A stretch of DNA of 64,000 nucleotides from contig DATDGX010000019.1 of the NCBI GenBank assembly GCA_036521875.1, forward strand, positions 4,019 to 68,018. The letters are read 5' to 3'. Position numbers and translations under genes: made by a program. The stretch is from Candidatus Binataceae bacterium (GTDB lineage Bacteria; Desulfobacterota; Binatia; Binatales; Binataceae). This document shows positions 38,869 to 48,037 of the stretch, piece after piece. The notes under the pieces are model-generated. The model saw only the letters and a program-made list of their open reading frames with translations. It was not told the DNA's origin and ran no database searches. Each line of letters begins with the position of its first letter. Position 1 is the first letter of the stretch.

Positions 38869-40845
38869 TTACTTGCCTGATTTGGGATCGCCGACAGTGC
38901 GGTTGCCCGCGGCGGTGTCTACCGCGTCGTCGCCAGTGACGACAGGCGCGGGATTGGGCGGCGGTTTCACTTCGACCAGGCGCGCTTCGAAGGTGTCGAA
39001 GATTCGGCGCATCGCGGGATCAGTATAAATCGCCTGGCGCGCATCCGCGGGCGCGATGCGCCGCGCAGACACCGACTCCGCCGCCGGTTGCGCAACCATG
39101 GCTGCGGTCATGCTTCCATTGGACGGCTCCGGCTCGGTGGCAGGCGGCTCCGCTTCCGTGGCCGCTGGTGCGGGCCGCGCATTCTCGGCGGATGCATTCT
39201 CGGTCGATGCGTTCTCAGTCGATGATGTTCCGCCGAGACCAATACTGGCGCGGCCGACGGCCTGTCGCGCGGGATCCACACCCGCCGTCGCCGGCCGGGC
39301 GCCGCCTACCGACGACATCTCGACGCGAATCGGACGCCCGAAAAACTCGACCGCCAGCTCCGCGATCGCGCCGCGATTGTCGCCGAGATAGCGGATGTAG
39401 ATGTCGTTGCGCGCGGTGACGACCAGCACGTCGCCGTCGAGATGAAGTCCCGCGCCCTGTTCCATGAATCCCGCCAGCGCGGCGCGGCGATTGCGGATAT
39501 GGTCGCGTAGCTCCGGCATATCGCGCATCGGCTCGGGCTCCGGCGCGCGCGGCGGCGCGGCGGCCTTGACCTCGCCTTCGACCGGGAGCCTTCGTGCGCG
39601 TGCGCCGGCGGGCGCTTCACTCGGTGCGGATTGCGCGGCCGCGCGAGTTGCGCCGCCGCCGCCGGATGGCGGACTCGAGCTCGAGGGCGCGGGCGCTCGG
39701 CCGATCGCGCGCAGCAATTCGTCGGCATCGACCACCGCCGCTAGCGAAGCCATCCTGACCACTGCCATCTCGAGCAGCAGGTCCGGATACGGCGAGCGGA
39801 TTACCTGCTCCTGCGCATCGGCCATCAAATGGAACAGCCGCATCAGGTCGCGCGCCGAGGCACGCTCGGCAAGGCGCTTCACTTCGGCGGCCTCGTGGTC
39901 TGGAATGTCGCCAAGCGGACTCGTCGCATCGGTGGCTGGAAGCTTGGCGATCGCGAGGTTGCGGATGGTCTCGAGGAGATCGCGTCCCAGCGATTCGAGA
40001 TTTGCGCCGCGCACCGCAAGCTCGCGCACCGACTTGAGCGCCGCGGCTCCGTTCTTGGCGAGAATCGCGTCCATGATCGCGAACACCGTGGCGCGGCTCG
40101 CGACTCCGAGCGACGCTGCCACCTCGGCCTCGCCCACCTTGCCATCGACCGAAGCGATCGCGGTCTCGAGCATCCGCTCCGCATCGCGCATGCTGCCGCC
40201 CGCCTCGCGCGCGAGAATCCTGAGCGCCGCCTCCTCGGCGTCGATTCCCTCGCGCGTGGCGAGATCGGTAAGCCGCGCTAAAATCGTTGCGTACGCGATG
40301 CGACGGAAATCGTAGCGCTGGAGCCGCGAGAGAATCGTCTCGGGCATCTTTTGCGGCTCGGTGGTCGCCAGGATGAACTTGACGTGCGGCGGCGGCTCCT
40401 CGAGCGTCTTCAGCAGCGCGTTGAAGGCCTGATCGGTGAGCTGATGGGCCTCGTCGATGATGTAAATTTTGAAGCGGTCGCGCGCCGGGCGGTAAGACAA
40501 ATTTTCGATTATCGCGCGCGCGTCGTCGATCTTGCGGTAGGTCGCGCCGTCGATCTCGCTCACGTCGAGCGCGTTGCCGGCGCGAATCTCGACGCAGGCC
40601 GCGCATTCGCCGCACGGCTCCGCGGTCGGACCGCGCTCGCAGTTGAGACATCGCGCAAGGATGCGCGCCGCGGTGGTTTTGCCGACGCCGCGGATACCGG
40701 TGAACAAAAATGCATGCGCGATGCGACCGCGCTTGAGCGCTTCGCTGAGCGTGCGGGTGACGTGCTCCTGGCCGACCAGTTCCGCGAAGCGCTGCGGGCG
40801 CCATTTTCGCGCGAGTACCAGATGGGGCGGAGGAGATGCGGCCAT
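38869..40845 (-). CDS. dnaX: DNA polymerase III subunits gamma/tau
   Basis: AAA+ Walker A (GIRGVGKTTAARILARCLNC), zinc module (CGECAAC) and DEAH-type box (YIIDEAHQLT), with a Pro/Ala-rich tau-specific C-terminus. Confidence 0.92.
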   Translation of the reverse strand: MAASPPPHLVLARKWRPQRFAELVGQEHVTRTLSEALKRGRIAHAFLFTGIRGVGKTTAARILARCLNCERGPTAEPCGECAACVEIRAGNALDVSEIDGATYRKIDDARAIIENLSYRPARDRFKIYIIDEAHQLTDQAFNALLKTLEEPPPHVKFILATTEPQKMPETILSRLQRYDFRRIAYATILARLTDLATREGIDAEEAALRILAREAGGSMRDAERMLETAIASVDGKVGEAEVAASLGVASRATVFAIMDAILAKNGAAALKSVRELAVRGANLESLGRDLLETIRNLAIAKLPATDATSPLGDIPDHEAAEVKRLAERASARDLMRLFHLMADAQEQVIRSPYPDLLLEMAVVRMASLAAVVDADELLRAIGRAPAPSSSSPPSGGGGATRAAAQSAPSEAPAGARARRLPVEGEVKAAAPPRAPEPEPMRDMPELRDHIRNRRAALAGFMEQGAGLHLDGDVLVVTARNDIYIRYLGDNRGAIAELAVEFFGRPIRVEMSSVGGARPATAGVDPARQAVGRASIGLGGTSSTENASTENASAENARPAPAATEAEPPATEPEPSNGSMTAAMVAQPAAESVSARRIAPADARQAIYTDPAMRRIFDTFEARLVEVKPPPNPAPVVTGDDAVDTAAGNRTVGDPKSGK

Positions 40846-40879
40846 CGAGAAATCTTCTACCCGGCACAGCCCGTCGAAT

Positions 40880-40981
40880 GATAGCCAGGCACCCCTGCGG
40901 CACAGGGTGGCGGCCGGTACCGTTGCTTCCTTCCGGACCTGGCGGGGTTCGCGGCCTTCCCTTGCGCAGGACCCGGCTATC
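40880..40981 (-). ncRNA. ffs: signal recognition particle RNA (small/4.5S type)
   Basis: The minus strand contains the domain-IV motif CAGGUCCGGAAGGAAGCAAC. Terminal helix GAUAGCC...GGCUAUC closes a ~100-nt molecule. Location upstream of dnaX is the conserved ffs-dnaX-ybaB-recR arrangement. Confidence 0.7.
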
Positions 40982-41186
40982 AGCGGCGGGCAGTGCCGAT
41001 TGCGGATTTAGTCGGCGCTTTTCAAATGCGCCGGCTTATTAGATTACCACAGGCGCGCGCATGCAAACGATCGATATGATCTTGCTACGATTCTGATCGC
41101 GAATCTTCGCCAGCGGCGGTGAAAAATCGTGCGGCATCGGCGCGCGCGGTGGCGCGGCGCGGGCGCGGCTGTTATCAAGATGTGAG

Positions 41187-42062
41187 ATGGCGGATGCGGC
41201 GGACAAAGTTGCGGTCGGGCTGGTGCAGATGAGCTGCGCTGCGGAGCCGCGCCTCAATCTCGACAAGGCAATCGATCGGATCGAAGAAGCGGGCAAGCGC
41301 GGCGCAAACGTGGTCTGCCTGCAGGAGCTGTTCAGCTCGCCCTACCCCTGCCAATCCGAAGACACGCGATTTTTCGATCTCGCCGAGCCGGTTCCCGGGC
41401 CCACCACCGTCGCGCTGGGCAAAGTCGCGGCGGCGCGCAACCTGGTCGTGATCGCGTCGATCTTCGAGCGACGCGCGGCCGGCGTTTATCACAACACCGC
41501 CGCGGTAATCGACGCGAACGGAGAAGTCGTCGGGCGCTACCGCAAGATGCATATCCCCGACGACCCCCGCTACTACGAGAAATTCTATTTCACGCCCGGC
41601 GACCTCGACTTCACGGCGCATCGCACCGCCCATGGCACCCTCGGCGTGTTGGTGTGCTGGGATCAATGGTTCCCCGAAGCGGCGCGGCTCACTTCGATGG
41701 CGGGTGCGCAGATCGTGTTCTACCCGACCGCAATCGGATGGCATCTCGCCGAGGTCCCCGAGGTTCGCGAGCAACAGCGATCGGCATGGGAAACCATTCA
41801 GCGCAGCCACGCGATCGCCAACGGCATCTTCGTCGCGGTAGTGAACCGCGTCGGGGTCGAGGACGGACTCGAGTTCTGGGGCGGCTCGTTCGTCGCGGAC
41901 CCGTCGGGTGAGGTGATGGTGCGCGCGGGCGCGAAGGACGAAGAGACGATCGTCGCCGAGTGCGACTTGCGCAAGATCGAAGAGGCGCGGCGCAACTGGC
42001 CGTTCCTGCGCGACCGGCGAATCGACGCGTACGGCGACCTGCTGCGCCGGTTTCGATCATAG
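41187..42062 (+). CDS. aguB: N-carbamoylputrescine amidase (nitrilase superfamily)
   Basis: 291-aa CN-hydrolase with catalytic E/K/C context (VCLQELF..., RKMHIPD, LGVLVCWDQWFPE). Confidence 0.8.
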   Translation: MADAADKVAVGLVQMSCAAEPRLNLDKAIDRIEEAGKRGANVVCLQELFSSPYPCQSEDTRFFDLAEPVPGPTTVALGKVAAARNLVVIASIFERRAAGVYHNTAAVIDANGEVVGRYRKMHIPDDPRYYEKFYFTPGDLDFTAHRTAHGTLGVLVCWDQWFPEAARLTSMAGAQIVFYPTAIGWHLAEVPEVREQQRSAWETIQRSHAIANGIFVAVVNRVGVEDGLEFWGGSFVADPSGEVMVRAGAKDEETIVAECDLRKIEEARRNWPFLRDRRIDAYGDLLRRFRS

Positions 42063-42064
42063 AC

Positions 42065-43171
42065 GTGGCTCCCATCCCGCGCGAACATCGCCGGCTCCTC
42101 GCGTCCTACCGGATGCCCGCGGAATGGGAGCCGCATCTCGCGACCTACCTGGGGTGGCCGCACAATCTCGAGACGTGGCCGGGCAAGTTCGAAGTCATCC
42201 CGCCGGTGTTCGCGCAGATGGCGGCGGCGATCGCGGCGTTCGAGCCGGTGCGGATCCTGGTCAACGACGCGGCGCAGCTAGCGAGCGTCCGCGCGATGAT
42301 TCGCGCCGCAGCCGGCGGCGACGGCATCATCGCTCGGCGCGTCGACGTGTTTCATGTGCCGACCAACGATTCGTGGATTCGCGACTACGGACCCATCTTC
42401 GTAAATCGCGTGGGGACGCGCGGCGGCGGCGGTGCGAAACAAATCGCGCTCGACTTCATCTTCAATTCGTGGGGCGGGAAGTACGCGGGCGGAACGTATG
42501 GCAGCCCCGAGCTCGACGATGTGGTGCCGCAGCGGCTCGGCGAGCGTTACGGCTTCGAAGTCGTCGCGCCGGGAATCGTGCTCGAAGGCGGATCGATCGA
42601 TGTGAACGGGACCGGCACGGTGCTGACCACCGAATCGTGCCTGCTCAATCGCAATCGCAATCCGAAACTGAGCCGCGCCGAGATCGAGGACTACCTGCGC
42701 GCGTATCTCGGCGTCAGCACCGTGCTGTGGCTCGGCGACGGAATCGCGGGCGACGATACCGACGGCCATATCGACGACCTCGCGCGCTTCGTCGCGCCCG
42801 ACACGATCGTCACGATGGTCGAGAACGATCGCACCGACGTGAACTACGCGCCGCTGGCCGACAATCTCAAGCGGCTGCGTGCGATGCGCGACGCGGCGGG
42901 CAAGCCATTTCGCATCGAGACGCTCCCGATGCCGCCGGCGCTGGTGCACGACGGCACACGGCTGCCCGCGTCGTACGCGAACTTCTATCTCGCCAACGGC
43001 GGCGTGGTGATGCCGAGCTTCGGATGCGCCGCCGACAAGGCCGCGGCGGCGACGCTCGCGCGCTTGTTCCCGGGCCGTCGCGTCGTAGCGATACCGTCGT
43101 CGGACCTGGTCTGGGGTCTCGGCGCGATTCACTGCCTGACCCAGCAGCATCCGATGCCGCCGGGCCGCTAG
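42065..43171 (+). CDS. aguA: agmatine deiminase
   Basis: MPAEWEPH near the N-terminus, DSWIRDYGPIFV, and C-terminal GGGAIHCLTQQ (catalytic Cys). The GTG 42065 start follows 2 nt after the aguB stop. The ORF is open from 41960, so the start is uncertain. Confidence 0.8.
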   Translation: MAPIPREHRRLLASYRMPAEWEPHLATYLGWPHNLETWPGKFEVIPPVFAQMAAAIAAFEPVRILVNDAAQLASVRAMIRAAAGGDGIIARRVDVFHVPTNDSWIRDYGPIFVNRVGTRGGGGAKQIALDFIFNSWGGKYAGGTYGSPELDDVVPQRLGERYGFEVVAPGIVLEGGSIDVNGTGTVLTTESCLLNRNRNPKLSRAEIEDYLRAYLGVSTVLWLGDGIAGDDTDGHIDDLARFVAPDTIVTMVENDRTDVNYAPLADNLKRLRAMRDAAGKPFRIETLPMPPALVHDGTRLPASYANFYLANGGVVMPSFGCAADKAAAATLARLFPGRRVVAIPSSDLVWGLGAIHCLTQQHPMPPGR

Positions 43172-43272
43172 TCCGACAATCCGAGGGCGACCAGGTTGAC
43201 AACATGTAGTTGATGGCGCCGACGTTGTTCCCGCATTGATGTCGACTATGCCTAATTATATTAATTTTATAC

Positions 43273-43300
43273 TTGACAATCTTAATATTTTGACTAGAAT
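43273..43300 (+). promoter_or_regulatory. consensus sigma70 promoter driving the DUF2089 gene, likely a leaderless transcript
   Basis: TTGACA (43273-43278), a 16-nt spacer, and TAGAAT (43295-43300), in a strongly AT-rich 70-bp island. The ATG at 43309 is about 8 nt downstream of the -10, and no SD is present. Confidence 0.5.
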
Positions 43301-43308
43301 CCCTTCAT

Positions 43309-43731
43309 ATGCGGCCGGTTATCCTCAAGTGCCCCTCCTGCCAAGGCAACCTGACGGTCTCGCAGCTCCGATGCCCCAATTGCGAGATCAATATAGATGG
43401 CGAGTTCACCCTGCCCGCCTTGCTCCGCCTCAGCCCCGCGCAGATGGACTTCGTCGAGGTCTTCATCAAGAACCGCGGCATCATCCGCGAGGTCGAGCGC
43501 GAGCTCGGCGTCTCCTACCCCACCGTCCGCGCCCGGCTTGACGAGGTCGTAGGCGCGCTCGGCTTCCAGGTCCGGGGCGATGTCCGCGGCGACGTCCGCA
43601 ATGACGCCGAGGCTGAGTCCGCGGCGGCGGCGGGCGCGGCGAATCGGCGCGCGGTGCTCGCCGATCTCAAGGCCGGCAGGCTCACCCCCGAACAGGCGCT
43701 GAACGCGCTCGGCGAAGGCCGCAAGAAGTGA
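43309..43731 (+). CDS. DUF2089-family zinc-ribbon/HTH protein (putative transcriptional regulator)
   Basis: 140 aa beginning with zinc ribbon CPSCQGNLTVSQLRCPNCEI. An HTH-like segment follows (IREVERELGVSYPTVRARLDE). Confidence 0.6.
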   Translation: MRPVILKCPSCQGNLTVSQLRCPNCEINIDGEFTLPALLRLSPAQMDFVEVFIKNRGIIREVERELGVSYPTVRARLDEVVGALGFQVRGDVRGDVRNDAEAESAAAAGAANRRAVLADLKAGRLTPEQALNALGEGRKK

Positions 43732-43792
43732 TTCGCCGCGGCAATTCGCATCCGGTGTTTTGCGCTCCGGCTTCTGCAAGGCGGTCTCTGCG

Positions 43793-43848
43793 AATTAATT
43801 TCTGGCAATTAATTTCTGGCGATCAATTTCTGGCAATCAATTTTTGGG
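43793..43848. repeat. four tandem 14-bp direct repeats (AATTAATTTCTGGC x2, GATCAATTTCTGGC, AATCAATTTTTGGG) abutting the RBS of the DUF4097 gene
   Basis: Copies at 43793-43806, 43807-43820, 43821-43834 and 43835-43848. GGGAGG follows at 43846-43851 and ATG at 43861. Confidence 0.8.
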
Positions 43849-43860
43849 AGGTATGCCCCG

Positions 43861-45462
43861 ATGATCGAAGCGAACCTTGAAGGCGTGGAGTCGCTGCGCG
43901 TGCTGCGCGCGTCCGGGAATCTCAAGCTCAAACGCGCTGACGGAGCGGCGCTGCTGGTCGAGTGCGACGAATCCCCGGAGGTGCGCCGCAACGCCGGCAA
44001 AGCGGAGGTGCAGCTGCGCTCGAACGCCGAACTTCGCATCCCCGCGGGGGTCGCCGTCGAGATTGTGGATTGCGCCGGCAACCTCGACGCTGAGGATATT
44101 TCCGCGCCGCTCCTGATCGGCCGCGTGCGCGGCAACTTCCGCTCGCGCAGAATCGGACCGCTCAAGGTTGTATCGGTGGTGGCCGGCAACTTCGAGGCTG
44201 AGGGCGCGCATGCGATCGAACTCGCCAAGGTCGCCGGGAATGCGCGGATTAGCGACGTCGAGAAGACCGTTCGTATCGAGGCTGCCGGCGGCAATCTCGA
44301 AGCGCGCAACGTCGGCGCGGTCGAGGCCGGGACCGTCGGCGGCAGGGCGCGGATGTCCGACGTCGGCGGCGCAATCAAAATCGACACGGTCGGCGGCCGC
44401 TTCAAGGCTGACGGCGTCGGCGGCGACATCGCGGTCGAAACCGTGGGCGGTCATGCCAGCGTGGTGAACGCGCGGGGCGCGCTCCTGCTGCCACGCGTCG
44501 GTGGTGCGATCGATCTCAGCGGTCCCTTCCCGCCCGCGCAGCGCTGGAGCGTCAAGTGCCGCGGCCGCGCAAGCGTCCAGCTCGACGAGAACGCGTCGAT
44601 CGATCTCGCGGCGTCCGCCGGATGGGGCCGGGTGCGGCTCTACGGCGCCGACGCGAGCAGCCTCAAGTGGGTCGATCGCAACCGCGCCGAGGGTAAAATC
44701 GGCGTCGAGCGTCCCGACGCGGAGCGCTTGCGGCTTTCGATCGAGACCAGCGGCGCCGACGTGATCATCAGCGGCCCCGACGCGGCTCCGCACGATTTTT
44801 TCTTCCGCGTGAACAAGGCGCGCTTCGGCCGGAGCTTTGCGGCGCCGTTTGAAATGTTCGCGGAGGAAATCGGCGAGGAGATTCCCGGTTTCGTCAACGC
44901 GGTGATGGGCGCGGTCGGCAGGTTCGCTTCCGACGCGGGCGCCTTCTCGGGAAAAATCGCCGCGGACGTGACGCGTGAGCTGAATTCCGCCCTCAATGAA
45001 ATCGAGCGCGCGCTGGACGAGGTCGGCGAGCGCATCCCGGGCGACGTCTCCGAGAAAGTCGCAAAGCTCGGGCGCGAAATCGCCGAGATGGTCGCCAAGG
45101 CGATCAAAGAGGGACGCTGCCGCACGCGCGATGAAGGCCGCGAGATGCGCGAGCGGGTTCGCGAGGCGGCGCGCGAGATGCGCGACACGATCCGGCAGGC
45201 CGCTCGTGACCTCCGGACCGGATCAGACGCGTCCGAGCGCTCCGCGCAAGAACCTCGCGCCCAGGAACATCAGGAAGGAGCGCGCGCGCGTCGCACGCCG
45301 GGAGCAACCGTGCCGCTCGACGCCGCCGCGCGGCAGAGCGAGATTCTCGAGATCCTGAAAAAGGTCAAAGAGGGCAAGCTGCAGCCCGAAGAGGCCGACG
45401 ACCTGATCAGTGCCTGGATGGAGGTCGATCCGGAATCCAGCGCAGAAAAACGCAGCTCCTGA
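43861..45462 (+). CDS. DUF4097 (beta-helical 'putative adhesin' repeats) protein with an alpha-helical/SHOCT-like C-terminus
   Basis: 533 aa. The first ~300 aa are periodic G-rich beta-strand repeats (AGGNLEARNVGAVEAGTVGGRARMSDVGGAIKIDTVGGRF...). The C-terminus is charged and helical, with ILEILKKVKEGKLQPEEADDLISAW resembling a SHOCT motif. Confidence 0.6.
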   Translation: MIEANLEGVESLRVLRASGNLKLKRADGAALLVECDESPEVRRNAGKAEVQLRSNAELRIPAGVAVEIVDCAGNLDAEDISAPLLIGRVRGNFRSRRIGPLKVVSVVAGNFEAEGAHAIELAKVAGNARISDVEKTVRIEAAGGNLEARNVGAVEAGTVGGRARMSDVGGAIKIDTVGGRFKADGVGGDIAVETVGGHASVVNARGALLLPRVGGAIDLSGPFPPAQRWSVKCRGRASVQLDENASIDLAASAGWGRVRLYGADASSLKWVDRNRAEGKIGVERPDAERLRLSIETSGADVIISGPDAAPHDFFFRVNKARFGRSFAAPFEMFAEEIGEEIPGFVNAVMGAVGRFASDAGAFSGKIAADVTRELNSALNEIERALDEVGERIPGDVSEKVAKLGREIAEMVAKAIKEGRCRTRDEGREMRERVREAAREMRDTIRQAARDLRTGSDASERSAQEPRAQEHQEGARARRTPGATVPLDAAARQSEILEILKKVKEGKLQPEEADDLISAWMEVDPESSAEKRSS

Positions 45463-45492
45463 CCTCGCGCCTGCACGCGCGCAGAGCGAACT

Positions 45493-45515
45493 TGTGAAAC
45501 CCCTCACGGGTTTCA
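45493..45515 (+). other. 9-bp-stem hairpin GTGAAACCC-CTCAC-GGGTTTCAC just after the DUF4097 gene stop, with a second near-identical hairpin GCGAAACCC-GGGT-GGGTTTCGC at 45619-45640
   Basis: Both are perfect inverted repeats sharing the GAAACCC/GGGTTTC core. Neither is followed by a clear U-tract. Confidence 0.4.
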
Positions 45516-45582
45516 CGCTTCCCGGTCAAGAGGCGCGCTACGCGCTGCGAGAACCAGCGCACGGACGGCAAGCACTTGGACG

Positions 45583-45918
45583 TTGATACCTCATCGAGGC
45601 AAGACTTCCATATGGGTAAATAGGGAAGCGCGAAACCCGGGTGGGTTTCGCATAGTCTGGATCAAATATTTAGCTCGCGATTCTACTGGACGGATTAAAG
45701 GAGCCCTCGACGCCTGCCAACGCTGCTCCATTTATCGTAAGGGTTACGTCAGTTCACGCGGGGAGCTCGTCTGCAGATATTGCGGCAACCGATACAAGTT
45801 GGAAACAATGGAATCGGGGCTCGCTTCGTGCGTCCCCCTCAAACTGCCGTTCCGGATGACTGGGCACATAGTCTGCGTCGAGCCAGCGGATCTTGAACTC
45901 GAGCGAGGGCTGTTTTAG
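45583..45918 (+). CDS. hypothetical Cys4 (CxxC...CxxC zinc-ribbon-like) protein
   Basis: 111-aa ORF containing CQRCSIYRKGYVSSRGELVCRYCGN. Start and boundaries are uncertain. Confidence 0.3.
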   Translation: MIPHRGKTSIWVNREARNPGGFRIVWIKYLARDSTGRIKGALDACQRCSIYRKGYVSSRGELVCRYCGNRYKLETMESGLASCVPLKLPFRMTGHIVCVEPADLELERGLF

Positions 45919-45934
45919 AAGTGGACGCTGCGGT

Positions 45935-46249
45935 ATGAGGTACTGGTTTTCAAAGACTGACTTGCGGGACCTGAGTTTAATCCTGGCCATCGTCCTGTTG
46001 CTGGCCGGCGCTCCCTCGACTGCCGGCTTTGTCGTCGTCTCTGGAACGAGCCGTCCACAACTGACCATCAACCTTTGCCAGCCGATTCAAATGTTCGACC
46101 GCGTGTCGAACACATTGCTTGCACGCCCCGCGGCAGTACTATCCGAGTTCGTTCTCCGCGATTTTGGCGCGAGCGTGGCGAAGCAGGTGGTGCGATTAAT
46201 CGAGCTCAAGGTCGCCCCCGACACCCCGCCCCCAAAGCGCCCCGTCTAA
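45935..46249 (+). CDS. hypothetical small membrane/secreted protein
   Basis: Begins MRYWFSKTDLRDLSLILAIVLLLAGAPS, a hydrophobic helix. The ORF is open from 45893. Confidence 0.3.
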   Translation: MRYWFSKTDLRDLSLILAIVLLLAGAPSTAGFVVVSGTSRPQLTINLCQPIQMFDRVSNTLLARPAAVLSEFVLRDFGASVAKQVVRLIELKVAPDTPPPKRPV

Positions 46250-46359
46250 GCACCTTCACCGTTCCCTGATTTGGTTTTGCGACGCCGCAAATCTTGCGGC
46301 ATCGGGCTTTTGCTTTCGTACAGGCGGCGCGCCACAAGGCGTCCGCCGGGAGATGTTCT

Positions 46360-47373
46360 ATGCGACGGATCTCTAAGGTTGCCAATTTGGTTAGAGCGGC
46401 CATTTCTCTGCCCGGCCTCGGGAAGACCTGCATACGTCTGTTGGCGGCCGCCATTTTCCTCATCGGTCTAACGCCCAGCCTGAGCTGGGCTTGCGCCTGT
46501 GGATGTGGCGTCTTCGAGGTCGGGACGGCCTCGTTGTTTCCAACCAGCGGAGGCGGAACGGTCTGGTTGGAATATGATTTCCAGGATCAGTACCTGAATT
46601 GGCATGCGACGCAGATCGCAACGGGGGCAAATAACGGCGACAAGGTAATCCGGACGCACTTTCTCACTCTTGGTGGACAGTACATGTTCAATCGGCAGTG
46701 GGGAGTGATGTTCGAGCTTCCTTACTCATTTCGCTACTTCAAGTCGACCAACGACAGCGGCCAGATTTTCGGGACTAACTTCAATACAATCGGAGACATT
46801 CGTATCTACGGCATGTACACCGGTCTCTCGGAAGACATGTCGACCGGTCTCATCGGCGGCGTGAGAATCCCGAGCGGATGGTGGACCTATCCGCACGCCG
46901 ATCGAGACACACAGCTTGGCTCAGGGAGCACTGATCTCCTTCTCGGCGCTTACCATCTTGGGACGTTTCCGTCCCAGTTGGGAGATTTACCGTTAACCTT
47001 TAGGTCCCGTCCCTTCAACTGGTTTGTACAGGCCTACGATGATTTGCCGCTTTTCACGCAAAACCACTACACCCCGGGCAGGGAATTCGACTCGGCGTTG
47101 GGAGCATACTATAACTTCGGCTCGGTTGGCCCTCTCAAAGAACTCGCGCCGATGCTGACCTTCCTTGCCTCCGATCGAGCGCGCGACCAGGGCGCGGCTG
47201 CCAATCATGAGAACAGCGGATACACGCGGTTGCTGGTTGCTCCCGGCGCCGAGATCAAACTCGGAATACTGCGACTATATGGGGACGTCGAGATCCCGTT
47301 TTTCCAGAACTTTATCGGCAATCAAATAACCGCGCCGGTCCTATTCAAAACGATCCTCAGCTACGACTTCTAA
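46360..47373 (+). CDS. outer-membrane beta-barrel protein with a mature N-terminal CxCxC motif
   Basis: A signal peptide ending SLSWA is followed by CACGCGVFEVG. The body has alternating beta-strand pattern and the C-terminus ...LSYDF (terminal aromatic). GGGAGA sits 6 nt upstream of ATG 46360. The ORF is open from 46294. Confidence 0.5.
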   Translation: MRRISKVANLVRAAISLPGLGKTCIRLLAAAIFLIGLTPSLSWACACGCGVFEVGTASLFPTSGGGTVWLEYDFQDQYLNWHATQIATGANNGDKVIRTHFLTLGGQYMFNRQWGVMFELPYSFRYFKSTNDSGQIFGTNFNTIGDIRIYGMYTGLSEDMSTGLIGGVRIPSGWWTYPHADRDTQLGSGSTDLLLGAYHLGTFPSQLGDLPLTFRSRPFNWFVQAYDDLPLFTQNHYTPGREFDSALGAYYNFGSVGPLKELAPMLTFLASDRARDQGAAANHENSGYTRLLVAPGAEIKLGILRLYGDVEIPFFQNFIGNQITAPVLFKTILSYDF

Positions 47374-47387
47374 CCCGGAGCGATCCG

Positions 47388-47957
47388 ATGCACTCACAAA
47401 TGCTTTGGCGCGCCGTCCTCGCAGCGGTGATTCTCGCGCTTACAGGCTTGAGCTCTTTTGCAGGTGCGGCCACCGAAGTCGGTCAAACAGCACCGGCGCT
47501 CGTCGTGCCGGAACTGGACGGTCAGGCATTTGATCTAAGTGCGCAGCGCGGGAAAGTCATAGTGGTGAATTTCTGGGCCACCTGGTGTCCTCCTTGCCGC
47601 GAGGAAATGCCGGCGCTCGACGCTTTCTATCGGCGGTATCATGGTCAAGGCGTTGAAATGATTGGTCTCAGTGCCGACCGGCCGCGCGACCGGTCCGATG
47701 TGAGCAAGGTCATGCAATCATTCAGCTATCCGGCGGCAATGCTGGATGACGCCAAAGTCAACGATTTCGGCACACCCGACGCTCTGCCGATGACGGTTGT
47801 CGTCGATGGAAATGGCGTGGTGCGCGCAAAGCTTACACCCGACCAAAAACCGGTTACGGAGAAGAGTCTTTCGGACGTGGTGCTACCGCTCCTGCAGAAG
47901 ACCGCGGCGGATGCTTCACTCGAAAAGAGTGACGGCACTCCCAACGCCAAGCCCTGA
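47388..47957 (+). CDS. TlpA-family periplasmic thiol-disulfide oxidoreductase
   Basis: Signal peptide plus thioredoxin fold with VVNFWATWCPPCREEMP. Confidence 0.8.
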   Translation: MHSQMLWRAVLAAVILALTGLSSFAGAATEVGQTAPALVVPELDGQAFDLSAQRGKVIVVNFWATWCPPCREEMPALDAFYRRYHGQGVEMIGLSADRPRDRSDVSKVMQSFSYPAAMLDDAKVNDFGTPDALPMTVVVDGNGVVRAKLTPDQKPVTEKSLSDVVLPLLQKTAADASLEKSDGTPNAKP

Positions 47958-48037
47958 CCGTCAGGAGGAATCTCATTGCAACCGCATAGTGCCTCAGTTC
48001 ATCGTGACCATCGGTTCAAGAACCCTGACGGATTCCA

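Noticed and set aside
39617-40903. 428-aa minus-strand ORF in an alternative frame of dnaX
   Set aside because: It is an out-of-frame shadow of dnaX with extreme Arg/Ala/Gly composition. The dnaX frame carries all AAA+ motifs.
42124-43209. 361-aa plus-strand ORF overlapping aguA in another frame
   Set aside because: It is a frame shadow of agmatine deiminase. It is Arg-rich with no deiminase motifs.
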